Positions 1 to 10,292 of a DNA stretch of 64,000 bases are shown here, piece after piece. Source of the DNA: Nitrospirota bacterium (lineage in GTDB: Bacteria > Nitrospirota > UBA9217); contig CAVVOB010000038.1 in assembly GCA_963749655.1 (NCBI GenBank), positions 118,940 through 182,939 on the forward strand. Direction: 5' to 3'. The translations under genes were made by a program, and so were the position numbers. Position 1 is the first letter of the stretch; each line of letters begins with the position of its first letter. The notes under the pieces were generated by a model. That model was not told the origin of the DNA and made no database searches. It saw nothing but the letters and a program-made list of their open reading frames with translations.

Positions 1-318
1 TCCGAACATGGTGCCCAGGCCCTTCATCGCCAAGTTGATCCCGCCGATCCCGAGCGCCGCTGCAAAGCCCACAGGCAGCATGGCAAGGTAAGCCAGGCCG
101 ATGAACGGAGCAGCGGCGATCTTGCCGACGGTCCTCATGATGTCCCCGAGGCCTCTCTGCTGGAGGTGTTCCAGGTCCTCTTTGCCCGCCGCGACCACGG
201 TCTTGAACGGCGCAGGCTTCAGGATCTCCCAGAAGAGGAGGAACCCGCCTATGGCGGAGATGGACAGGATGTACTCGATTCCCTTGATGTGAGTGATGAA
301 GTCTACCAGTGTATACAT
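1..318 (-). CDS. Membrane protein with HmcD-like N-terminus (runs off window start)
   Basis: Manual translation from ATG 318: MYTLVDFITHIKGIEYILSISAIGGFLLFWEILKP...; GGAG RBS upstream; N-terminus resembles small HmcD-type subunits (recall only). Confidence 0.6.
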   Translation of the reverse strand, partial: MYTLVDFITHIKGIEYILSISAIGGFLLFWEILKPAPFKTVVAAGKEDLEHLQQRGLGDIMRTVGKIAAAPFIGLAYLAMLPVGFAAALGIGGINLAMKGLGTMFG

Positions 319-375
319 GAACCGTATCTCCTTTCGTTGTCGGTTTCTCCGTTCGTCCTGCGGATCGCCGGAGTG

Positions 376-714
376 CTACTTGGTGCCGCCCTTTTTCTTC
401 TTGCCCGACAGATAGGCATTGCGCGGTCGCCAGCCGAATGACACGCTCTTGGCAGCCAGGTTGTACATGCCGCCGAGAAGTGCGCGTCCGGTGAGGACCG
501 TTACGGTTGCTATGCCGATGAACGGCATCATCACCGCGTAGAGAAGCCCGATGACGGGGCCCGACAGCAGCATCGCGCCCGGCGACATCCTTACGTAGGT
601 TGCGTTCCCGCCTCCCGCGAGCACCGCTTCACTGAATACGTCGACCCTTCTGCCGCTAGCTAAATCCCAGTACGTTCCCTTTTCAACTGTGTGTCCTCCC
701 TTGTAAGTAAGCAT
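376..714 (-). CDS. Hypothetical membrane protein
   Basis: 112-aa ORF with GGAGG RBS; hydrophobic PVIGLLYAVMMPFIG segment resembles PFIGLAYLAMLP in the downstream gene. Confidence 0.75.
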   Translation of the reverse strand: MLTYKGGHTVEKGTYWDLASGRRVDVFSEAVLAGGGNATYVRMSPGAMLLSGPVIGLLYAVMMPFIGIATVTVLTGRALLGGMYNLAAKSVSFGWRPRNAYLSGKKKKGGTK

Positions 715-1056
715 TGTGTGTTCCTCCTTTCCGTAGATTTGATTTACTTTACCTTGTATATATCAGGGATCGGATTCTTTGTATATTGGTAGAAGTTCCT
801 AGGCAGGGGGGGATTATGTCGTAAAATTCGTATATTTATTGAGAAGAGAGCAGGGAATCGCTTCGGAAAGTTGCAGCAATGAGCAAAACGGGGAAGGCAC
901 AGTGTCGGTTTTTCAATCAGTTACGGGAGGAACGCGGCTCAAAAAGGATAGGATGCTTGTGGACCGAGAACAAATCCAGAGGATTGAGAGAGGATCTCTT
1001 TTTTCTACGAACGGCTTTTGATTTGTCGGGTTTCGTTTCGTTCTAGCCGGCCTGTT

Positions 1057-1113
1057 GGCTAACACGGAGTTTAATCCCGCGCTGGAACGCGCGGTCTGAA
1101 CAACTTGATAATT
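1057..1113 (-). other. Degenerate attC-like site
   Basis: Minus strand AATTATC-aagttgttcagaccgcgcgttccagcgcgggattaaactccgt-GTTAGCC; 57 bp, canonical R' core, R'' has ATC instead of AAC. Confidence 0.45.
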
Positions 1114-1246
1114 TACTTTCAAAGCAGGTAGCAATATTTCAACTGATACATTATTCTCTGAAGTAAGCAAGAGCATTAAAGGTATCTGTCTCCATTTGTC
1201 GAGAGCGTTCACATTTGCTCCGTTGGAAAGAAGCAAATGCAGTTGC
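1114..1246 (-). pseudogene. Ankyrin-repeat gene fragment
   Basis: LHLLLSNGANVNALDKWRQIPLMLL is an ankyrin-like repeat; 5' part is cut off at the REP-like element. Confidence 0.55.
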
Positions 1247-1327
1247 GTAGGTTGGGCTACGCTTCGCAGCCCAACATCTTGATTCTTGATGCGTTGGGCT
1301 TCAGTCAAAGCGTTCAGCCCAACCTAC
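1247..1327. repeat. GTAG-type REP doublet (REPIN-like), copy 1
   Basis: GTAGGTTGGGCT..AGCCCAAC...GTTGGGCT..AGCCCAACCTAC, 81 bp, near-identical to 1770-1850. Confidence 0.8.
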
Positions 1328-1395
1328 CACTGAGGGCGTCCGGTTGAGCCACGTGTGTACGCCCGACCGTCTTAGATTAGATGTCGGGCTTGAGC

Positions 1396-1740
1396 TTACT
1401 CTTGCCTGACTATATCGACCGAGATCTCCACCGCCGAAACCGTTCCTCTGTTTTCAAGCCAGTGTGTGGTGTTTCTATCCTCGGGCCAGCCCACTCCCGG
1501 TCCATAGTCCGTAGCGACTCCCTTTCGATGGTCAGTGATCGTTCCTTGCAGTATATAGACGGTGCCTGGTCTGTCTTTATGGTCGTGAATCGGGCCGAAG
1601 ACGCCTCCTGGCTCGATGGTCACCATACGCATTCGAAGTTGGCGCCCTGCCATGCCCTCGATCTCAGGACCAAGGTCAACCGCTGCAAGTAACTTCACCG
1701 TAACACCTTTCGTCTCGGGTGCCACCTGTTCGTTGCTCAT
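1396..1740 (-). CDS. Cupin domain protein
   Basis: PGGVFGPIHDHKDRPGTVYILQG...HWLENRG cupin motifs; GGAG RBS. Confidence 0.85.
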   Translation of the reverse strand: MSNEQVAPETKGVTVKLLAAVDLGPEIEGMAGRQLRMRMVTIEPGGVFGPIHDHKDRPGTVYILQGTITDHRKGVATDYGPGVGWPEDRNTTHWLENRGTVSAVEISVDIVRQE

Positions 1741-1769
1741 CGTGCTCTCCTCTTTGTACTTCCAATCGC

Positions 1770-1850
1770 GTAGGTTGGGCTACACTTCGCAGTCCAACAT
1801 CGTGATTCTTGATGCGTTGGGCTTCAGTCAAACCCTTCAGCCCAACCTAC
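1770..1850. repeat. GTAG-type REP doublet (REPIN-like), copy 2
   Basis: Direct repeat of 1247-1327 with the same length. Confidence 0.8.
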
Positions 1851-1931
1851 CTGCTGAAAATACTTCACGCAACTGCGAAAATAATTGCACTCTTAAAAAA
1901 GAAGCTATCAGCAACACGGCTTCTTGAAGAT

Positions 1932-2461
1932 TCACCGCATCATGCTTTCGGCGATGTTTACCAGTTCGAAGGGAGGGGCTTTCATGGCAAGAACGATCCT
2001 GCTGCCGCCTTCGGTCCAGGAGATCCTGCTGCAAGGCGTCTTGTCCCGGCAGACTCCGACTTCGAGAAGGGCGGCTCTGCCCTTTATAGCGTAGGCGACC
2101 GTTCTCGTGGTCTGCGCAATCGGAATGAGCGAGGGGGGAGTAAAAGCATCGGACCCTGCCTGGGAGATGACGAGCGCGACGTCGCGAGTGCCGGCTGCGT
2201 TGAAGATCATGATCACGGCGTGATAGGGCTTTGCCTGGGCCAGGATCTCCGTGGGCGGCCACGAGATGCTCTGCGGGAAGTAGGATGGTACGCGCAGGTC
2301 CCGGAGGTTCAGCTTTGCCGTCACCTCTTCGACGCTGTTGTACCTGCTCATCATGTCCTTCTGGAGCAGCGTGGGCACCCATCCGAGGAAGTCTTCAGGG
2401 ACAGGACCACGGCAGCCGCGGCCAGGATGAAATAGAGCAGACCCTTGATACCGGATTTCAT
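1932..2461 (-). CDS. Hypothetical membrane-anchored protein (apparent frameshift near 2380)
   Basis: MKSGIKGLLYFILAAAAVVLSLK from ATG 2461 joins ORF 1932-2378 in another frame. Confidence 0.55.
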
Positions 2462-2477
2462 GACAGTCACTCCCCGA

Positions 2478-3469
2478 TCATACGACGTAGTAGTTGATGC
2501 CCGCAATGACCAGCAAGGCAAGAATAAAGGGAATCCAGCTTGACTGGCGCTTGTTTGCCCTGCCCTGTTCAAGCCTTGCTATCCTGTTGTCGAGCTGGAT
2601 GTTGTAGCTGTACTCCTCGAGGCGCACCGGCGCGAACAAAGGCTTATGCTCCGGTTCTGGCTCCGGCTCCTTCCGCTCGACAAGGAACTTTTTCAGCGCA
2701 TTCGCCAGCGACTCCGGACGCTGGGACAGGGAAACGGCAATATCGTCGCAGATCTTCTCCTCGTTCCGGACGACCCTCCTGAACTCGATCAGCGCCACGG
2801 GATTGAAGAACAGGAGCATTCTGAGAGAAAAACGGCAAGGATCACCGGCCGCCTGCTGCGGGCGATGTGCCCCAGCTCGTGGGCAAAGGCCGCTTCCATC
2901 TCCTCGGGCGTGAGAGCTTCGGCAAGGCCGGTGGATATGTAGATTGCGGGGTTCTTTCCGGTCGATGAAAAGATGATAAGCTCGTCGTCCTCCACGAGAA
3001 GAATGTCGGGCGGATCGATCGAGAGGGCCCGGGACATTTTAGCCAGGAACGGATCAGGTCCGCACAGTTCCCCCTCATGCTCGGCAACACGCGACTCCAG
3101 GGAGTGCCTGACAACAGGGATCATTTCCTGGAGCAGAAATATGAGCGAGGTGATCCCCAGGATGGCCAGGAACAACATCCCCAGCGGGGGAAACCCCCAG
3201 ACTTCCATATTAAGCCACCGCGAGGCGTCGAAGAGAGCGGACAGCCGGAAGATCACGGATCCCCGGTCGGGGTTGATGAGTTGATAGAGGGGAAAAGAAA
3301 AAACGGGAAAGAGCACGACCACGAGCCTGAATCGCTGGCGCACCGCGGGGTTTTCGATCTTCCATGCACGCAGGGCCTGGTCCATGATGACCGATGCAAC
3401 GAGCGAATGGGAGAAGGACTGAACGACGTACATGCCCGCGAGGGAGCTGAAGAATGCTGTTATGCTCAT
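2478..3469 (-). CDS. M56/M48 family zinc metallopeptidase, BlaR1-like (apparent frameshift near 2825)
   Basis: TM helices and HELGH zinc motif; the downstream frame continues FFNPVALIEFRRVVRNEEKICDD. Confidence 0.8.
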
Positions 3470-3702
3470 TGTCCATGGACCATAAGCCGCCGTCCTGCGA
3501 TGTTTGGAGAAGGTTCGCCCTGTCTTAAAAGCCGTGTCACCGCCGAGTCGCGGAGACGCAGAGAATGCTGTTCAGATGGTTTAATTTGGCTTCTATATAT
3601 ATGATGAATTCACAAAGAAAAGCATGAGTGTTTCATGCGGCCTTTCTTCGCGGCTTTGTGTCTTCGTGTGAAAATACTTCTTTACGATTTCACTGTATAT
3701 AT

Positions 3703-3833
3703 GATGTATTCGTAAAAAGTCAAAAACACCAAAGTACGGTCATTCCGGCTTGTCCGGAATCGTATCATATCATCGCGTTATGCGGCATCATGATTCCCGA
3801 CAAGCGGGAATGACGACTTTTTACGAGGCAATC
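3703..3833. mobile_element. MITE-like palindromic element
   Basis: Terminal inverted repeats gatgtattcgtaaaaagtc / gactttttacgaggcaatc around an inner GTCATTCC...GGAATGAC palindrome; AT-rich flanks. Confidence 0.5.
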
Positions 3834-3988
3834 ATATAATAGTAGCGGCGACGAATCCTCAATCTACCCTGCTGAGATTATACAGAAATCAGCGGATGGT
3901 TGCCAGTCTGATTTGGCGGCCTGATTGCAAAGCAGAAGGGTTTCAATTATAATTAACTCGTTGCGCGCGGCGATTTCGCCGCAGGGGA

Positions 3989-4633
3989 GGGGCTACGGAG
4001 ACGTTCGATATCCTGGATTGCCGGGGCATAAAGACCGGGGAGACCATCGCGCGGGACGAAGCCCACCGGATTGGCGCGTGGCACGGCGCGTTTCACTGCC
4101 TTCTCGTGGGCGAACGCGGGGGCAGGAAGTATGCGCTCTTTCAGAAACGGTCGGCAGTCAAAAAGATCGCTCCCCGCAGGTTCGATGTGAGCGTGGGCGG
4201 GCATTACGCGAGCGGCGAGGACGCACGGGACGCGGGACCCCGCGAGATCAAAGAGGAACTCGGGATAGAAGTGCCGTATGCCGACCTTATCCCCCTCGGC
4301 CGCCGTGTCTTCGTGTACTGCTTTACCCAGGACGTCAGGGAATACGAGTTCCAGGACGTCTTTCTCCTGTGCCGCGACATTGCGCCCGAAGAGCTGCTCC
4401 TTCAGAAGGAAGAGCTCGAGGGCGTCGTCGAAATCGGCCTGGAGGAGGGGATTGCCCTCTTCTCCGGCAAAGTGCAGAAGCTGAAACTGATACTGCACAG
4501 AGCCGACGGGTCGCGGGAAGAAACGCTCGTGACCGCCGATGATTTCGTTCCTTGCCTGGACAACTACTACCTCAAGCTTCTCCAGCTTGCCCGGCGATAC
4601 CTGAACGGAGACCGCGAAGCGCTGGTTATTTGA
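3989..4633 (+). CDS. NUDIX hydrolase (IDI-like); start codon unclear
   Basis: Frame is open upstream of 4106 (ATETFDILDCRGIKTG..AHRIGAWHGAFHC); Nudix box GGHYASGEDARDAGPREIKEELG. Confidence 0.8.
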   Translation, partial: GATETFDILDCRGIKTGETIARDEAHRIGAWHGAFHCLLVGERGGRKYALFQKRSAVKKIAPRRFDVSVGGHYASGEDARDAGPREIKEELGIEVPYADLIPLGRRVFVYCFTQDVREYEFQDVFLLCRDIAPEELLLQKEELEGVVEIGLEEGIALFSGKVQKLKLILHRADGSREETLVTADDFVPCLDNYYLKLLQLARRYLNGDREALVI

Positions 4634-4881
4634 TTTTTTGACTGTAACCACAAGTGTCTTTCATCGCTGCTTGTTCACGTTTCCTGCAGGCAGGACCGCT
4701 CTCACGCCATAAGCATTTTACAGGTGGTTCCCTCTGAGATACCCCCCCGATGTAAATAATAATTTTTTACGCCCTCCGCTTGACTCGCCGCATATCTCGG
4801 GTAAACTTAAAAATATAACGTACGTTACGAGGACTTTTTATTCACTCGCTACCGAGCGGGCGAGAGAGAAAGGTTATATCG

Positions 4882-5397
4882 TTGAAATTATCATGGCTCA
4901 TCGGCGGCCTGATCGCCGCGGCAATCGTGCTGGCCGTTGTGCTGGCATTCATGTACGTTCTGCCGCTGGACCTTCTCGATCGTTCTCCCGTACAACCGAT
5001 CGCCTTCAGCCACAAAATCCACGCAGGCGACAACAGCATACCCTGTCTTTTCTGTCATCGCTCCGCGCCGAGATCAGCGGTTGCCGGCATCCCCGCAGTG
5101 GCGGACTGCCGGGCCTGTCACCTGTTCATCGCCCAGAACGCCCCGGAGATCAAGAAGCTCATGACTTACTGGGACAACAAGCAGCCCATCCCCTGGGTCA
5201 GGGTCTACTGGGTGCCGGACTTCGTCTATTTCCCGCACATGATGCATATTCGCGCGGGTCGCGCCTGCACCGAGTGCCACGGCGACGTGGCGCACATGGC
5301 GCGCGTCACGCGGAAGCAGAAGCTGGAAATGGGCTGGTGCCTCGACTGCCACAAGCAGCACAAGGCGAGCATCGATTGCTGGACGTGCCATAAATGA
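4882..5397 (+). CDS. actA: Alternative complex III pentaheme cytochrome c subunit
   Basis: N-terminal TM helix, five CxxCH motifs, PVQPIAFSHKIHAG motif; first gene of the operon. Confidence 0.88.
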   Translation: MKLSWLIGGLIAAAIVLAVVLAFMYVLPLDLLDRSPVQPIAFSHKIHAGDNSIPCLFCHRSAPRSAVAGIPAVADCRACHLFIAQNAPEIKKLMTYWDNKQPIPWVRVYWVPDFVYFPHMMHIRAGRACTECHGDVAHMARVTRKQKLEMGWCLDCHKQHKASIDCWTCHK

Positions 5398-5532
5398 ATG
5401 CAAGGCCGAATTCGAACCGCGGGAGGCGTCGGAGACACGAGAGAAAGTTAATGGTTTGTAATGAGCGACGTCATCGTCTGCTCTGCAGCGGCGATTTTTT
5501 TTTCAGGTGCAATGTTCAAAAAGGGAGCTTGA

Positions 5533-7725
5533 ATGGATCGCAGGACCTTTCTCCAATTAAGCGGAATGACGGCTGCTGCGGCCGCGCTTTCGGGCTGCAA
5601 ATCGGCGAATGAGAAGATCATTCCCTATCTCATTCCGCCCGACGAGGGAGTGACTCCCGGCATCGCGAATTATTATGCCAGCACCTGCCGGTCCTGCCCT
5701 GCCGGATGCGGCATCCTTGTCCGGGTGTCGGAGGGCCGGGCAAAAAAGATCGAAGGCAATCCTCTCCATCCCGTGAACAGGGGAAAACTCTGCGCGCGGG
5801 GTCAGGCTGCTCTTCAGGAGCTCTATCATCCCGATCGGGTGCCGCAGCCCATGAAGCGAACCGGTGCGCGCGGTTCAGGGGCGTTTACGAAGATCACCTG
5901 GGAAGAGGCGCTCACGCTGCTGGTGGAGAAGCTCAAGAACCTGCAGCAATCGAAGATGACCGCCGGTCTTGCCCTCGTTACCCCGCAGCTGAGCGGCACC
6001 ATGGCGGAACTCGTGACCCGCTTCACGCGCTCTTACGGTTCGCCGAACCACGTGTCCTACGAATTGCTCGTCCCGGACTGGCTCCGCGCCGCAAATCGCA
6101 AAAGCTTCGGCCAGGCAAGCCTGCCCTTCTATGATATGAGCGAGACCCGGTATCTGCTCAGCTTCGGCGCTGATTTCGTGGAAAGTCATCTTTCTCCGGT
6201 CCAGTACGGCTATGCCTTCGGCAGGATGCGCCAGGCCAGGGACACGGTGCGGGGCCACTTCACCTATGTGGGCGGCCGCATGTCGCTGACTGCTGCCTCG
6301 GCAGACCGCTGGATGCCTGCCCGACCGGGAAGCGAAGGGGTGCTGGCCCTCGGCATTGCGCGCCTGATTCTCGCAGAATCCCTTCATGACCAGGCTTCCC
6401 TTGCAGCGAACGGGCTCCGTAAAGAAACGCTGCTGCAGGGGCTCAAGGCTTACGACCTAACCCGTGTCGCGGATGAGACGGGGCTGACCGAAAAGGCCAT
6501 TGCCGAAGTCGCCCGCGAGTTCACGGCAACCAGACCTTCGCTCGCCATGGCAGGCGAGGCTGTTGCCTTCCAGAGCAACGGCCAGGAAACGGTCCGCGCA
6601 ATCAACCTCCTGAACGTGCTCGCGGGGAATCTGAACCGTATCGGCGGGATCTACCCGGACAACGGGTCCCCGGAGGGGCCGGCAAATTCCTTTAACGAGC
6701 TCAACTCTCTCATCAAAAAAATGGCGGGCAGCAGCATCCAGCTCGCCATGATCCTCGGCGATCCTGTGCACACCGTTCCCCAGGCAACAAAATTCCAGGA
6801 GGCCCTCTCGAAGGTCCCGTTCATCGTGAGCTTGTCCTCGTTCATGGACGATACGGCCCTGCAGGCCGACCTGATCCTGCCGGACCACGCAGGACTCGAG
6901 AGCTGGGGTGATGTCATTCCGCTTGCCGGCACGCGGGACAGCGTGGTCGGACTGATGCAGCCGGTGGTAAATCCTGTTTTCGATACGCGGCAGTCCGCCG
7001 AGGTTCTGATGACCGCGGCCCATGAATTAGGCGGGGCGATGAAGGCTGCATTCCCCTTCGAGACATATCTCGATATGCTGAAGACGGGGATGAAAAAGCG
7101 GGTGAGCGGCGGCGGAAAGGATTTCGAGGCGACATGGGTCGAGTTCCTTAAGCAGGGCGGGCTCTTCAAAACGAACCAGGGCCAGGGCAAGGCATTCCGC
7201 TGGCAGGCAGGCGCGGGGATCCCCAATCCTGCCAAGCCCGACTTCGCAGGCAATGAGAAGGAGTTCCCGCTCCATCTTCAGGTCTATCCCTCAACGGCTT
7301 TTTATGACGGCCGCGGCGCATCGCTCCCCTGGCTGCAGCAGCTGCCTGATCCCATGACCACGGCGGTCTGGGACAGCTGGGTCGAGCTTAATCCGAAAAC
7401 CGCGCAGGAGCTCGGCATCAATTTCGGAGACCTGGTCGAGGTGAGCTCTCCGCAGGGGTCCCTTCGCGTTCCCGCGGTGATCTATCCCGGCATCAGGCCG
7501 GACATGGCTGCCATGCCCATGGGGCAGGGACATCTCGACAATGGACGCTATGCAAAGGGAAGAGGGGTGAATCCCCTCCATATTTTAGCGTTGGTTGATA
7601 ATAAGGATGCTCAACCTGCCTGGAATGCCACGCGGGTGCGGATCAAGAAGATCTCGGACAAGGGCGAGCTGGTGGTTTACGGAAATCCGCAGGGGAGCTT
7701 CCGGAGCGAGCTGATAGAGATATAG
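5533..7725 (+). CDS. actB1: ACIII molybdopterin-oxidoreductase-like subunit B1
   Basis: Tat signal MDRRTFLQ with LSGC lipobox; CxxCxxxC...C motif; MopB-like fold; operon context. Confidence 0.85.
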   Translation: MDRRTFLQLSGMTAAAAALSGCKSANEKIIPYLIPPDEGVTPGIANYYASTCRSCPAGCGILVRVSEGRAKKIEGNPLHPVNRGKLCARGQAALQELYHPDRVPQPMKRTGARGSGAFTKITWEEALTLLVEKLKNLQQSKMTAGLALVTPQLSGTMAELVTRFTRSYGSPNHVSYELLVPDWLRAANRKSFGQASLPFYDMSETRYLLSFGADFVESHLSPVQYGYAFGRMRQARDTVRGHFTYVGGRMSLTAASADRWMPARPGSEGVLALGIARLILAESLHDQASLAANGLRKETLLQGLKAYDLTRVADETGLTEKAIAEVAREFTATRPSLAMAGEAVAFQSNGQETVRAINLLNVLAGNLNRIGGIYPDNGSPEGPANSFNELNSLIKKMAGSSIQLAMILGDPVHTVPQATKFQEALSKVPFIVSLSSFMDDTALQADLILPDHAGLESWGDVIPLAGTRDSVVGLMQPVVNPVFDTRQSAEVLMTAAHELGGAMKAAFPFETYLDMLKTGMKKRVSGGGKDFEATWVEFLKQGGLFKTNQGQGKAFRWQAGAGIPNPAKPDFAGNEKEFPLHLQVYPSTAFYDGRGASLPWLQQLPDPMTTAVWDSWVELNPKTAQELGINFGDLVEVSSPQGSLRVPAVIYPGIRPDMAAMPMGQGHLDNGRYAKGRGVNPLHILALVDNKDAQPAWNATRVRIKKISDKGELVVYGNPQGSFRSELIEI

Positions 7726-7898
7726 TCAGGAGTCAGGAGTCAGGAGTCAGGAGGATTCCACTTTCAAAGCAAGAGTTTCGCGCCAAGACGCAAAGGCGCA
7801 AAGAAAGTCTTTTTTTAAACGAGATCAAATTTTGAGATTCTCTTGGCGTCTTTGCGACTTTGCGCGAGACTGCTTTCAGAGAATGAGGATTTCCGATC

Positions 7899-8618
7899 AT
7901 GGAAAAAATCACGAGTCCCTATAAATGGGGAATGGTCGTGGACCTCGACCGCTGCACCGGATGCGGGGCCTGCGTGGTGGCCTGCCAGGCCGAGAACAAC
8001 GTGGCCATCTGCGGGAAGAAGGAGATCGCCGAAGGCCGCGACATGCACTGGCTCAGGATCGAGCGTTTCTGGGTGGGCGAATACCCCGACGTACGCGTGA
8101 AGTTTCTTCCTGTGCTCTGTCAGCACTGCCACGACGCGCCCTGCGAGCCCGTCTGCCCGGTCTATGCCAGCTATCACAACCCCGACGGACTGAACGGCCA
8201 GGTCTACAACCGCTGCGTGGGCACACGCTACTGCGGGAATAACTGTCCCTATGCCGTGCGCGTGTTCAATTTTTACGATCACGAGCATTCATGGCCCCAT
8301 CCTCTCAACTATCAACTCTCGCCTGATATTACGGTGCGCTCGCGCGGGGTTATGGAAAAATGTTCGTTCTGCATCCAGCGCATCCGGAGAGTCAAGGAAG
8401 ATGCAAAAGCCGAAGGCCGCCTGATCAAAGACGGCGAGGTGCAGCCTGCGTGTGCGCAGACCTGCCCATCCGAGGCACTGGTGTTCGGCAACATGGCGGA
8501 CCCGGAAAGCCGTGTTGCGAGGCTCAGCCGCAGCCCGCGGGGCTTCCGGCTCCTGGAGCACCTGGGTGCGCATCCCTCGATCACCTATCTCAAGGGAGGG
8601 GGAAGGGAACATGTATAG
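7899..8618 (+). CDS. actB2: ACIII 4Fe-4S dicluster subunit B2
   Basis: CTGCGAC, CQHC..PC..VCP, CVGTRYC, CSFC motifs. Confidence 0.88.
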   Translation: MEKITSPYKWGMVVDLDRCTGCGACVVACQAENNVAICGKKEIAEGRDMHWLRIERFWVGEYPDVRVKFLPVLCQHCHDAPCEPVCPVYASYHNPDGLNGQVYNRCVGTRYCGNNCPYAVRVFNFYDHEHSWPHPLNYQLSPDITVRSRGVMEKCSFCIQRIRRVKEDAKAEGRLIKDGEVQPACAQTCPSEALVFGNMADPESRVARLSRSPRGFRLLEHLGAHPSITYLKGGGREHV

Positions 8619-8799
8619 GAAATGCGGAATAATTCAAATGCGGAATGCGGAATTCTGGAGTGCGGAATGAAAGGCGAATGCGAGAATGCGGATCACACAA
8701 GTTTACGCATCAGCTTGTGACCGCATAAACACATTTACATGTTCTCGACAACCTGAGACTCGAAACTTGAAACTTGAAACCTGAACCCGAAGGAGAAGT

Positions 8800-10176
8800 A
8801 TGTCTGAGAACAACGAGCATACCCTCGCTGCCAAAAGCGCAAAACAGGTGAACGATGAATTGCTCACCTCGATGCGGCCCCCGACCCTTCGCTGGTACTT
8901 GCTCATTGCCGGCCTCAGCGTGGTGATTGCCTGGGGCATGCTTGCTTTCGCCTACCAGGTGATGACCGGTATGAGCGTGACCGGCAAGAACCGTCCCGTC
9001 ATGTGGGCGCTCTATATCACGGGCTTCGTGTTCTGGGTAGGCATGTCCCATTCCGGAACCATGGTTTCCGCCATCCTGCGCCTTTCCCAGGCCAACTGGC
9101 GCCGGCCGATCCTGCGCGCGGCCGAGGCGATGACCGTGTTCACGATCAGCATCGCGGCCCTGTTTCCGTTCATTCATCTGGGGCGCAACTGGGTCGTGCA
9201 CTATTTTCTTCCCTATCCGAACCAGCGCGGATTGTGGCCGAATTTCCGATCGCCCCTGCTTTGGGACATAACGGCGATCACGACCTACATCATCGGGAGC
9301 AGTCTCTTCCTCTATCTGGGAATGATCCCCGATCTGGCAATCGTCCGCGACCGCACGCCCGAAGGATGGAGGAAAAGGATCTATTCAATTCTTGCGATGG
9401 GATGGCGCGGAACGGCACGGGAGTGGATCATCTACCAGAAGGCCTCGACGCTCATGGCGGCCTTGATCATCCCGGTGGCGGTCTCGGTGCATTCCATCGT
9501 TGCCTGGGACTTTGCAGTCACCGTGGTTCCCGGCTGGCACAGCACGATCTTTCCGCCCTATTTCGTGATCGGCGCGATCACGTCCGGCGTTGCCGCGGTC
9601 ATCACGCTCATGATCATCATTCGCCGGGTCTTTCACCTCGAGGAATATCTCACGCCGCTCCACTTCGACAATATGGGGAAAATCCTGCTGGTCATCTGCC
9701 TGCTCTGGTCCTACGCCTATTTCGTCGATGTGAATATCACCTGGTATGCTCATGAACCGATCGAGTGGGAGACGTTCAGCTTCATGGCGGGCAGGTATAC
9801 GCCGCTCCTGATCCTGATGCTTTTCGGCAATTCGCTGCTGCCGATCACGGTTCTCTGCTTCAAGAAGCTGCGGCGTAATATCAAGGTCATGCTGTTCGTT
9901 ACGCTCCTGATCAACGTCTGCATGTTCATCGAACGGTTCCTGATCATCGTGCCGTCGCTCTCGCACAAGAATATGCCGTTCATCTGGCACTCCTATTCAC
10001 CCTCGCTGGTTGAAAGTTCCATCAATGCGGCTGCCCTTGCAGGCTTCGTGCTGCTGTATGCGCTTTTCACGAAGTTCTTCCCGATTGTGGCGGTATCGGA
10101 CGTGCGGGAACTCGGAGTGCGGCACAGGGATGTCAAAATCGGCCGGGCGGAGGTGCATTCGATTTCAGAAGAGTAG
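8800..10176 (+). CDS. actC: ACIII NrfD/PsrC-family quinol-binding subunit
   Basis: Polytopic membrane protein; HSGTMVSAIL, HLGR, NFRSPLLWD, VSVHSIV, PGWHSTIFPPYF motifs. Confidence 0.9.
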   Translation: MSENNEHTLAAKSAKQVNDELLTSMRPPTLRWYLLIAGLSVVIAWGMLAFAYQVMTGMSVTGKNRPVMWALYITGFVFWVGMSHSGTMVSAILRLSQANWRRPILRAAEAMTVFTISIAALFPFIHLGRNWVVHYFLPYPNQRGLWPNFRSPLLWDITAITTYIIGSSLFLYLGMIPDLAIVRDRTPEGWRKRIYSILAMGWRGTAREWIIYQKASTLMAALIIPVAVSVHSIVAWDFAVTVVPGWHSTIFPPYFVIGAITSGVAAVITLMIIIRRVFHLEEYLTPLHFDNMGKILLVICLLWSYAYFVDVNITWYAHEPIEWETFSFMAGRYTPLLILMLFGNSLLPITVLCFKKLRRNIKVMLFVTLLINVCMFIERFLIIVPSLSHKNMPFIWHSYSPSLVESSINAAALAGFVLLYALFTKFFPIVAVSDVRELGVRHRDVKIGRAEVHSISEE

Positions 10177-10292
10177 TCGGTAAAGCGCAGAGGGCATAGG
10201 GCATGGAGCATAGAGTCAAGAGTCTGGTGCATGGCGGAAAAGGTTTAACCCTATGCGCCGTGCCCTCTGCCCTATGCTGACAGGAGTTGCAA

